Virus record (IMG/VR): IMGVR_UViG_3300003323_000724
Coordinates: 1-64,000 of that record
Source of the DNA: a virus
DNA length: 64,000 nucleotides
Strand: one strand, 5' to 3'
In this document: positions 28,158 through 35,570 of the stretch, piece by piece
How positions within the stretch are numbered: the stretch's first letter is position 1
Layout of the letters: each line of letters starts with the position of its first letter
The notes under the pieces: generated by a model
What the model saw: only the letters and a program-made list of their open reading frames with translations
The model's database searches: none
What the model was told of the DNA's origin: nothing
Made by a program: the position numbers and the translations under genes

Positions 28158-28506
28158 CTACTCGTCCCACCCTGCTTCACGGACCCGGCGGCGTTCTTCT
28201 TCGGTGAACGGTGGGAACCTGCGGGGCTGATCTTGGGTAAAGGAGTTCCCATTTGGGAACTCCCGGTCTACGAAAAACAAGCGGGCCTGTGCGATGCACT
28301 GCTCCATTCGGGACACCAGAACTTCGAGATCCTCATAACTGTTCACTTTGTCGCCCTCGTACTGGTTTTGGGCGGCACATGAGCCGCAAGTATCGTTCCC
28401 AAAGTGTGTAAGGAAAAACCGAAACAAAATAACGGATTGTCTCAGCACGGCTAAGGTTCATGTGGTAAGTAACTGTACCCGAAGAAAAGATTGAAGGTAG
28501 GAAGAA

Positions 28507-29757
28507 ATGAAGAAGGCAAAAGAGAAAGGATCTACGGTTGTTAGAGCTGTGACTTTGCCCGTATCGGTTCCACTGGGAACAGATCCCAGCGGTAAGTCCT
28601 GGACTTGGGAATCGTTCAACGCAGCGATGACGAATGCGTTCCGGCTGTCGACGGATCTGGCCAACTGGTGCGTTCGTCGGTTGTTCATGATTGATGATTC
28701 GGGCAGCACCAAGACACCGGAAGCGATCAAGAAGTGGTACGGGTACAAGGACGCAAACGAGAATTTTCCCCGGATCGCGGGTTGGGCCGGGGCGATGGCG
28801 AGCATGAACATCGTGACTCGAAACGTCCAGCGGAAGTACATTCAGGATCGGTTTTCGGTAATTATCAAGCACGATTCGAGTTTGCTTACGTACCGGTTCC
28901 CGCAGCCGTTTCCGGTTCACAACGCGAGTTGGAAAACGGGCTACGCAGACGGGGATTTCCCAACAGTTAGGATGGCGATTCCGGGAGTGGGTCAGGTGGA
29001 ACTGAGACTGAAACGAAGGGCCGATTTTGGGCGACAGTTGGCAATGTTTCGCCAACTCCACGACGGGACAGCCAAGAAGGGTGAAGCGGCACTCTACCGT
29101 GACAAAAAGGGTGTTCTCTTGCTGAAGATGGTGGGGCACTTTCCGAAGAAGGAGCGGACGGAAGCGGCTAACGTGTGTTTCCTGCACACGGACCCGAACG
29201 CGATGCTAGTGGCTGAGATCAACGGCCGGTCAGTAACCGTGACTAACGGGGACCACCTAAAGCGAGCACACAAGGTTATCCGGGAGATGAACGACAGGCA
29301 CCGGGTGTTCTTGCAACGGATCGGGGAGGACAAGAAACGGGAAGTTCGGATGGATCGGGACCAGCGACAGAACGTGAACAAGAAGGTCGAAGATCGGTGT
29401 AACAAGCAGAGGAACCGAATCGACACGGCCGTGAAACAGATTGCGGCTCAGGTGGCTCGGTTCTTGGAACGACAGAAGGTTGGTCTTGTTGCCTACGATG
29501 ATTCGATCAAGACTTTCCTTCCTGACGGGTTCACTTGGCACGCTTTGAAAACACGGATCACCCAATTGTTTGTTGGTGAGATGGGTGGGGAGTGGATTGA
29601 CGGTAAATTCACACACTTGAAGGACGAAACGGAGAAACAGGAATGGCTGATAAGAGCACGGGCGGTGTACACAACGATTCCGAAAGTCGTGGCACACAAG
29701 TCCCGACCCCGGAAGAAGTCGCATCCGGCGGTGTCGATACCGCCAAAGACCATGTGA
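28507..29757 (+). CDS. Cas12f/TnpB-like type V effector, predicted nuclease-dead
   Basis: Colinear with Cas12f1 segments: WED strand, REC helix, SLLTYR.PQP ~ SIPSYK..IP, RIDTAVKQIAAQVA ~ FRDTTNHRYSRYIV, FTWHALKTRI ~ WTYYDLQQKI. RuvC-I GIDLG reads FLHTD, RuvC-II QMED reads AYDD, and there is no CxxC ribbon or RuvC-III. Adjacent to a CRISPR array. Confidence 0.75.
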   Translation: MKKAKEKGSTVVRAVTLPVSVPLGTDPSGKSWTWESFNAAMTNAFRLSTDLANWCVRRLFMIDDSGSTKTPEAIKKWYGYKDANENFPRIAGWAGAMASMNIVTRNVQRKYIQDRFSVIIKHDSSLLTYRFPQPFPVHNASWKTGYADGDFPTVRMAIPGVGQVELRLKRRADFGRQLAMFRQLHDGTAKKGEAALYRDKKGVLLLKMVGHFPKKERTEAANVCFLHTDPNAMLVAEINGRSVTVTNGDHLKRAHKVIREMNDRHRVFLQRIGEDKKREVRMDRDQRQNVNKKVEDRCNKQRNRIDTAVKQIAAQVARFLERQKVGLVAYDDSIKTFLPDGFTWHALKTRITQLFVGEMGGEWIDGKFTHLKDETEKQEWLIRARAVYTTIPKVVAHKSRPRKKSHPAVSIPPKTM

Positions 29758-29880
29758 AAATGGCTTCGGCCTTGATGAACGGTCTGTTTAATGGCGGGTT
29801 GAAATCTCGAACGTCTCGCGATGCCGTTCGGATCGGGCACTACGGTTTGCGGGCGATCCAAACGGACACTACCAGCGAGT
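29727..29880 (+). ncRNA. Putative tracrRNA-like structured RNA
   Basis: Several hairpins plus two segments complementary to the CRISPR repeat (29837-29843; 29867-29878); boundaries uncertain. Confidence 0.4.
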
Positions 29881-30111
29881 GATTAGGTGATAAACTGATG
29901 GTTTGTTTGAAAATCGATGTAAGTTGCGGGTTGTGTTTAGTTTGTGCTGATCTTTGACAAATCAACCGCTCGCAACAACATAACTTAGTGATTACATTGT
30001 CTTTGCGCTCCTGCCGAGCGCGGACGCAACGGGCACCTGTCTCACGCAGTCAGGTCCGCTCGCGTAACGTGGGATAAAACTGGTCCGGGAGATGACTTAA
30101 GTGTCCCCGCC
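29881..30111 (+). promoter_or_regulatory. CRISPR leader
   Basis: Non-coding and partly AT-rich; repeated CCGCTCGC and a CGAGCG...CGCTCG inverted repeat immediately before repeat 1. Confidence 0.55.
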
Positions 30112-30367
30112 CCGGAACTACTACACCGATCGTTGGAGTGGTGCAGGGTGGCCCGGGTCGAGTACGACGGAAGTACTGGGGCCCGGAACTACTACACCGA
30201 TCGTTGGAGTGGTGCAGGGGCCTGACGGCGTTCGGCCGCGACTTCGCCGGCCTCCCGGAACTACTACACCGATCGTTGGAGTGGTGCAGGTACATGCGCG
30301 CCTCCGGCGCGTTCACGTGCTTGTAGAGATTCCGGAACTACTACACCGATCGTTGGAGTGGTGCAGG
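30112..30367 (+). CRISPR. CRISPR mini-array: 4 x 36-bp repeat CCGGAACTACTACACCGATCGTTGGAGTGGTGCAGG, 3 spacers (35, 36, 41 nt)
   Basis: Identical repeats at 30112, 30183, 30255 and 30332 with unique spacers. Orientation is inferred from the leader position and from the variant preceding base at the last repeat (C,C,C,T). Confidence 0.95.
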
Positions 30368-30387
30368 GAGGTAGTTAAGGGGAAAAA

Positions 30388-30996
30388 ATGACATTGACCG
30401 AAAAAGAAGTCCGAGGAGTGTTTCGAGCGTTGTGGGTGAAGGAATCCGAAGAGTGGTCTGTGGACGAACTGACTCGACGTGTTAACCGAGTGGGTGAAGT
30501 TCATAGTTGGGTAAAACCAAAACAGAATTACTTGTTCCGGTCGGATGAGCTGGAAACTCTGTTGAAGTTGGTCAATTGCGACGGACGGGGAGAAATTGAA
30601 ATAACCCCGACACCAAGTCGGGATAAGCCAGAGTCTCGATTGAAGTGGAAGGAGCGGTTGAACGCGATCCGCCGGGGAACGGGTGCCAAGAACAAACCCC
30701 GTAAGGGGTCTGCTAAGGATTTGGCCCACCGGCTGCTTTTGAAGGCCACGGAGAAATCTCCGCTGACCATTGAAAAACTAGCGAAGATCATCCACGCCAA
30801 TTTCCAGAACCGAGAATACTATGCGGTTCTGAAGTCGATGAAGCGGGTTATGATCGAACTGAAGGTGGAGTATGGGGTTTACGTTTCCTCTCGACGGCTA
30901 GATAAGTCCGAAAGAAACGGGAAACGTAATTTGTTTGGATACTGGATCGAAGGGGACGGGAAAATCAAACCGAGTGAGGAGAAGACAGGTGAGTAA
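30388..30996 (+). CDS. Basic hypothetical protein, possible winged-helix C-terminus
   Basis: Starts 20 nt after the last repeat; LTIEKLAKII helix pattern. Confidence 0.6.
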   Translation: MTLTEKEVRGVFRALWVKESEEWSVDELTRRVNRVGEVHSWVKPKQNYLFRSDELETLLKLVNCDGRGEIEITPTPSRDKPESRLKWKERLNAIRRGTGAKNKPRKGSAKDLAHRLLLKATEKSPLTIEKLAKIIHANFQNREYYAVLKSMKRVMIELKVEYGVYVSSRRLDKSERNGKRNLFGYWIEGDGKIKPSEEKTGE

Positions 30997-31477
30997 GTCC
31001 GAATTGACGCTGGAACAGCAAGCAACGAATTACCAGACAACGCGGCACATTCGATTGGTTCAGCGGCTTCTACATCTTTGCATCGGGGATTTGATGCGGA
31101 GGGCGGACGAGCACGATCAGTCGAAACTGGAAAGCCCCGAAGTGGAAATGTTTACTGAGTTCACAGCGAAGCTGGCAACAAGCACTTACGGATCGTCGGA
31201 ATACGAAGGGTTTCGCAAAGCGATGGGGCCAGCATTGGCACACCACTATGCCAACAATCCGCATCATCCCGAGCATCATAAGAATGGAGTAGCAGATATG
31301 AATCTGCTTGATATTCTCGAAATGTTATGTGATTGGAAGGCGAGCAGCACGCGGCATAATGATGGTAATATCAAAAAATCGATTGAAATTAATGCTAACA
31401 GATTCAATCTGTCCCCACAGTTGGTGCAGATTTTAGAGAACACTGCTCCACTGTTTGATGGACAGAAGGAGATTTGA
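30989..31477 (+). CDS. HD-like hydrolase (DUF5662-type)
   Basis: T.RHI..V, HDQSKL, HHY.NN.HHPEH, D.LEMLCDW.A. Confidence 0.75.
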   Translation: MSKSELTLEQQATNYQTTRHIRLVQRLLHLCIGDLMRRADEHDQSKLESPEVEMFTEFTAKLATSTYGSSEYEGFRKAMGPALAHHYANNPHHPEHHKNGVADMNLLDILEMLCDWKASSTRHNDGNIKKSIEINANRFNLSPQLVQILENTAPLFDGQKEI

Positions 31478-31770
31478 TTCACAAGTTTTCGTTCGAGTCC
31501 AAGTTCCATCCGGGGGATTTTGTGTATTTGAAGGTCGAGAAGGTGTTTAGCGACAATTACAACAAGAAGCTGAACAAGACGTTAAAAGTGGATATGGAGT
31601 ATTGTCCTCCCAAGGTATTTCAGGTTCTTGGTGTGTTTGGAATGTTTACGGAACGAGGACTAAAGGAAATAACATACCGACTCAATTCAGCGGGAATCGA
31701 AGGGTCAAAGACGGAATACCTACACGCCGAAGAAGAGGAATTGGAACTGTTTAAGGATGGCGAGATTTGA
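31474..31770 (+). CDS. Hypothetical protein
   Basis: Operon packing; KFHPGDFVY SH3-like start. Confidence 0.55.
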   Translation: MIHKFSFESKFHPGDFVYLKVEKVFSDNYNKKLNKTLKVDMEYCPPKVFQVLGVFGMFTERGLKEITYRLNSAGIEGSKTEYLHAEEEELELFKDGEI

Positions 31771-31777
31771 TGCGAAC

Positions 31778-31866
31778 GGCCGGGGCCAGATAGATTTATG
31801 GAGGTTTGGGCGGCTGCTGTAGTCGAAACGGGTCGAAGGAGAGGACGACCCTTCTGGTTACCGGCC
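31778..31866 (+). ncRNA. Structured RNA candidate 1
   Basis: Terminal stem GGCCGGGGCCAGA / TCTGGTTACCGGCC and internal hairpin GGGTCG/CGACCC, in an ORF-free gap. Confidence 0.45.
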
Positions 31867-31876
31867 TAATTTACTT

Positions 31877-31967
31877 GCCGTGTTAGTTTAGTGGAAGAAC
31901 ATTCCCCGCAAGGGAAAGGCGGAATCTCGACTGACGAGTCGGGTAGGTTCGATACCTCCACACGGCT
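31877..31967 (+). tRNA. Atypical tRNA-like element (Cys-like: GCA in loop, U discriminator, long variable arm)
   Basis: Acceptor GCCGTGT/ACACGGC, TA, D-arm GTTT-AGTGGAA-GAAC, stem TTCCC-CGCAA-GGGAA, T-arm GG(T)AGG-TTCGATA-CCTCC. Confidence 0.6.
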
Positions 31968-31970
31968 TTA

Positions 31971-32049
31971 GACTGGACAGAATCACACTGGTGATTTTTG
32001 GGCGAAGCATTAAGTGTAACCTCCCATGATGGGATGGTTCTGTCCGGTC
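31971..32049 (+). ncRNA. Structured RNA candidate 3
   Basis: 15-bp terminal stem GACTGGACAGAATCA / TGGTTCTGTCCGGTC (two G-U pairs) with an internal TCCCA/TGGGA hairpin. Confidence 0.45.
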
Positions 32050-32073
32050 TTTTACATTTTGACGGGATGAGTA

Positions 32074-33105
32074 ATGCACACAGTCAACCGAGACGAATTG
32101 CTGAAGCAGCTGCAAACGATCGAGCCGGGTAGGTCCAAGAATCCACAAGTGGAACAGTCCGATTGCTTCGTGTTTGATGAAGGCTCCGTAATGACCTTCA
32201 ACGCGGAAATTTTCTGCCGCGCGATGGGGACCGGCTTACCGGACGATTTCAAAGCGGCCGTCAACGGCTCTCGCCTTCTCGAAGTTCTCGATAAGCTCAC
32301 TGAGGAAGAGATCCAAATCGGCTTGCGGGGTGGGAGCTTTGTGATCCGGTCCGGGTCTCGAACGGAAGTGAAACTCCGCACCCAAGCTAAAATCACGCTC
32401 CCGCTCGATGAAGTAGCCCCACCCCAGAAATGGAACAAACTACCCGAGTCGTTTGGGGACGCGGTGGCTCACGTTTGTAAGATCCCGAGTGGGGACCAGT
32501 TCATCACGTCCTCGGTGAACCTGACCCCCGACCACATCGAGGGAACCAACCGAATCCAGGTCGTTCGGCACGCCTTCAAAACGGGACTGGAAAACACCTT
32601 TCTCGTTCGCGCCAAGTCACTTGCGCACGTTGCGAAACTGGGCTTGATTCGGGTGGGCGAAACGGAACAATGGGTACACTTTCGGTCCAAGTCCTTAATC
32701 TTTTCCTGCCGCCGTCACGTTTGCCCCGAGTACCCCGAATTGGGTCAGTATTTCGACTTCGAGGGGACGGAAATTGAGTTTCCCCGTGGCGCTGAGCCGG
32801 CTGCGGCGATTGGAAACATCTTTGGTAAAGAGGACAAGGACGACCCGTCTGTAGACGTGGTGATCGAGGACGGAAAGATGACGATCGAGGGTTGCGGGTC
32901 GCAGGGCGAAGCCCGGGTCGTTCTCGACACGGAACACAAGGGGCCGCGACGGGAATTCCGGATGCACGCGGGAATGCTGGAACACATTGTGAAGCAGTAC
33001 CAGCGGTGCGAGTTCGGGGACGGCCGGTTGCGGGTGGTCGGGGACAACTGGTGGTTTTTTTCCTGTCTCCCCGCACCCAAGCGGGAACGACAAACGGAGG
33101 AATGA
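32074..33105 (+). CDS. Sliding clamp (DNA Pol III beta-like)
   Basis: 343 aa; VNRDELLKQL start, EGTNR, YPEL..YF motifs; located in the replication cluster. Confidence 0.7.
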   Translation: MHTVNRDELLKQLQTIEPGRSKNPQVEQSDCFVFDEGSVMTFNAEIFCRAMGTGLPDDFKAAVNGSRLLEVLDKLTEEEIQIGLRGGSFVIRSGSRTEVKLRTQAKITLPLDEVAPPQKWNKLPESFGDAVAHVCKIPSGDQFITSSVNLTPDHIEGTNRIQVVRHAFKTGLENTFLVRAKSLAHVAKLGLIRVGETEQWVHFRSKSLIFSCRRHVCPEYPELGQYFDFEGTEIEFPRGAEPAAAIGNIFGKEDKDDPSVDVVIEDGKMTIEGCGSQGEARVVLDTEHKGPRREFRMHAGMLEHIVKQYQRCEFGDGRLRVVGDNWWFFSCLPAPKRERQTEE

Positions 33106-33548
33106 TGGATGTAGTGGAACAGGAAGAAGCCGAATTCACCAGACAGATTCTCGAACGGCCGGACGACGTGACAACTCGATTAGTTTTTGCGGACTGGCTT
33201 GATGAACACGGAAGGAAGGTAGAGGCGAAATACCTGCGGGACATTCGGAAGCACAAATTCATTCGACTGGTGGGAATCTGCGGCGGATGGGCACTAAAGC
33301 CCCAGTGGGCGGTGGATCGGGGCAAAAGATTGGATTTGGATTACACGCCAAAGGAAGAATGCAACGGACACAGCGAACGTTGGAAATACTGGGACTGGCG
33401 GTTTAGGTGTGGGTGGAAGGTTCCGGCTCACGTAGTCCATTACGGGTACTCGATGGCGGTTACGTGGTTTGGGGTGTACGTGTGGGAATACTTGGACGAT
33501 TTGAGTAATCGAATGCCTTATTGGAACAGAGATGAAAGAGCTGTTTAG
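33102..33548 (+). CDS. TIGR02996 domain protein
   Basis: EAEFTRQILERPDDVTTRLVFADWLDEHGRKVEAKYLR. Confidence 0.85.
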   Translation: MMDVVEQEEAEFTRQILERPDDVTTRLVFADWLDEHGRKVEAKYLRDIRKHKFIRLVGICGGWALKPQWAVDRGKRLDLDYTPKEECNGHSERWKYWDWRFRCGWKVPAHVVHYGYSMAVTWFGVYVWEYLDDLSNRMPYWNRDERAV

Positions 33549-34752
33549 CGTTTCCGAAGCGAAGAAGGTTCGTAAGCCACTTCTGATGATCCCCAACTGT
33601 GGCCGGTGTGGTCTCCACGAACGGTGCCAATCCCCGAAGATTCCGTTCGGTGGCAAGGGCTTAAGGAAAATACTACTAGTTTCAGAATATCCGGGGAAGT
33701 ACGAAGACCAGCAGGGCAAGTTTCTCGTTGGGCCGATGGGTCGGTTCCTCGAAGATGAGTTGGCTCGGTTTAGTATCGACATGTGGCGGGACTGTTGGGT
33801 CACCAATGCGTTGATTTGTCACGACGTGGACAAGGTTTACGCAGGAGAAGGAAAGTGGAAGTCGGCCGTTGAGGACTGCCGCCCGAACTTGCTTCGGACA
33901 ATCGAAAGGACGAACCCGGAAGTTATCATCTTGCTCGGGACCGCAGCTGTCGAATCCCTAATAGGGCACCTGTGGAAAGAATCCCCCGGAGCCATTAGTC
34001 GGTGGACGGGATACAAAATACCGAACCATTCCCCCAACTGCTGGATTTGTCCCACGAACAACCCGGCTTACGTGATGCGGCAGATGGACCGCGATCCGGT
34101 CGTGCTGTCCGATTTTAGGAGCCATTTAAGAGCCGCAGTTAAGCTCCAGGGGCGACCGTGGTCCGAAGGCCCACCGGACTACCAGCGAGACGTGATAGTC
34201 GAACTGGACGCGAATAAAGCGGCACAATGGCTATCGACGATTCGGGACGGGAAGATTGCGTTTGACCTGGAAACCGATCGACTAAAGAGTCAGCACCCCG
34301 AAGCAGAAATTGTGTGTGCTTCAGTTTACCACCGGGACGAGTGTTGGGCGTTTCCGTGGCACGGACCGGTTATCGGAGAGATGCGGCGGATATTGGAAGA
34401 TCACCAAATACTTAAAATAGGATACAATCAAAAGTTTGAGCATCTGTGGATACATTCCAAATTAGGTATTGATATCAAGGGGTGGGGCCACGATGGGATG
34501 TTGGTGGCTCATGCGATTGACCCGAGACGTGGAGTAACCGGGTTGAAATTTCAGGCTTTCGTACAATATGGACAACCAGATTATGATGGTCACGTAAAAC
34601 CTTTTCTATCAGGTGAGGAAGAGGGCGGGAACTCGAAGAATCGGATCAGGGAAGTGGGAATGGCTGAAATTTGTCGGTACTGCGGTACTGACTCTATTCT
34701 TGAATGGAATGTGGCACACAGACAATCAGACATACTTGGATTAGACTTGTGA
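33532..34752 (+). CDS. Uracil-DNA glycosylase family-4-like domain + 3'-5' exonuclease (N-terminal part of a split DNA polymerase)
   Basis: C..C.L, ILLVSEYPG..ED..G..LVGP.G, TNALIC, PEVIILLG..A, T.NPAYV.R; then AFDLET, GYNQKFE, DGML.AH, YCGTDS (Exo I-III). Confidence 0.85.
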   Translation: MKELFSVSEAKKVRKPLLMIPNCGRCGLHERCQSPKIPFGGKGLRKILLVSEYPGKYEDQQGKFLVGPMGRFLEDELARFSIDMWRDCWVTNALICHDVDKVYAGEGKWKSAVEDCRPNLLRTIERTNPEVIILLGTAAVESLIGHLWKESPGAISRWTGYKIPNHSPNCWICPTNNPAYVMRQMDRDPVVLSDFRSHLRAAVKLQGRPWSEGPPDYQRDVIVELDANKAAQWLSTIRDGKIAFDLETDRLKSQHPEAEIVCASVYHRDECWAFPWHGPVIGEMRRILEDHQILKIGYNQKFEHLWIHSKLGIDIKGWGHDGMLVAHAIDPRRGVTGLKFQAFVQYGQPDYDGHVKPFLSGEEEGGNSKNRIREVGMAEICRYCGTDSILEWNVAHRQSDILGLDL

Positions 34753-34759
34753 GGAACCA

Positions 34760-35554
34760 ATGCGATCGGGGAATAGAAAGGAACTGACGACGGGGGAAGT
34801 GGCGAAACACTGCGGGGTGGCTCCGAGGACGGTAACGAAGTGGACGGATTCGAGGAGACTCAAGGCTTACAAGTTGCCGGGAAGTGGAGACCGTCGGATC
34901 GTTCAAGGGGATCTAATTGATTTCCTCCGCGAATACCAGATGCCCGTTCCGGTCGAACTACTCCCAGCCGAAGTGTTGATCTACGGTAACTGCTTGAAGG
35001 AAGCGAAGGGCACTGCGGTTGATGCTTACACGCTTGGCATCCTCTGCGGCCGGGCAAACGTGGGCTGTGTGGCGTTTTGCGACTCGTGCGGTATCGCACA
35101 TGCGGAATCAACGGCTTCTCGGGTCCGCACCGAACTTCCTGATACGGTACTTGTGTTTGTGGTTTCTGAAGATCAGACGGGGTACAAATCCCCGGTCGGG
35201 CTGTGGGACAAAGTTTTCGTCCGGCCCTGTAACTGGAGTCAGGTTAATTTCTACATCGAGGTCGCGACCAAGATGAGTCCCGAAAAAGCCCAGCAGATGT
35301 GCGACCGGGGAGCTTCTTTTGGTGACGTGTTCGATCAGGTTCCAGTGGAATTTCGGGAAGCGTTTAAAGAGTGGTGGCTGACCAACCCGAACGTGCCCAA
35401 CAAAGCTGCTCGGGAAAAGACGGGAAAAGTGCCGGTGTTGGCCGGGTTAGGTTTCACAGGCAGCGTGTGTCCGAATTGTCAGGGATCGCGAATGGTACGC
35501 CGGGGTTCGTGTGAGTGCTGTGAGGATTGTGGGTCCAGTTCATCATGTGGGTAG
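34760..35554 (+). CDS. Excisionase-type HTH regulator with degenerate receiver-like region and C-terminal Zn ribbon
   Basis: LTTGEVAKHCGVAPRTVTKW.DS.RLK.YKLPGS.DRRI...LI.FL.E..MP; C-terminal GFTGSVCPNC....VRRGSC..C.DCGSSSSCG. Confidence 0.75.
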   Translation: MRSGNRKELTTGEVAKHCGVAPRTVTKWTDSRRLKAYKLPGSGDRRIVQGDLIDFLREYQMPVPVELLPAEVLIYGNCLKEAKGTAVDAYTLGILCGRANVGCVAFCDSCGIAHAESTASRVRTELPDTVLVFVVSEDQTGYKSPVGLWDKVFVRPCNWSQVNFYIEVATKMSPEKAQQMCDRGASFGDVFDQVPVEFREAFKEWWLTNPNVPNKAAREKTGKVPVLAGLGFTGSVCPNCQGSRMVRRGSCECCEDCGSSSSCG

Positions 35555-35570
35555 TTATTGGAGAATAACT

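Noticed and set aside
28507-29757. IS200/IS605 or IS607 transposon with ordinary TnpB
   Set aside because: No TnpA or serine recombinase is adjacent, the RuvC and Zn ribbon are degenerate, and a true repeat-spacer array follows.
30148-30182. Spacer 1 reverse frame reads VVLDPGH, like the amidase_3 motif
   Set aside because: Seven residues from one of six frames is within chance; a nucleotide match is needed.
30148-30331. Self-targeting of this window by the spacers
   Set aside because: No match noticed by eye; an exhaustive alignment was not possible, so partial seed matches are not excluded.
30050-30391. ORFs 30050-30316, 30101-30391 and 30138-30326 with repeated peptides
   Set aside because: They are translations of the CRISPR repeats, not genes.
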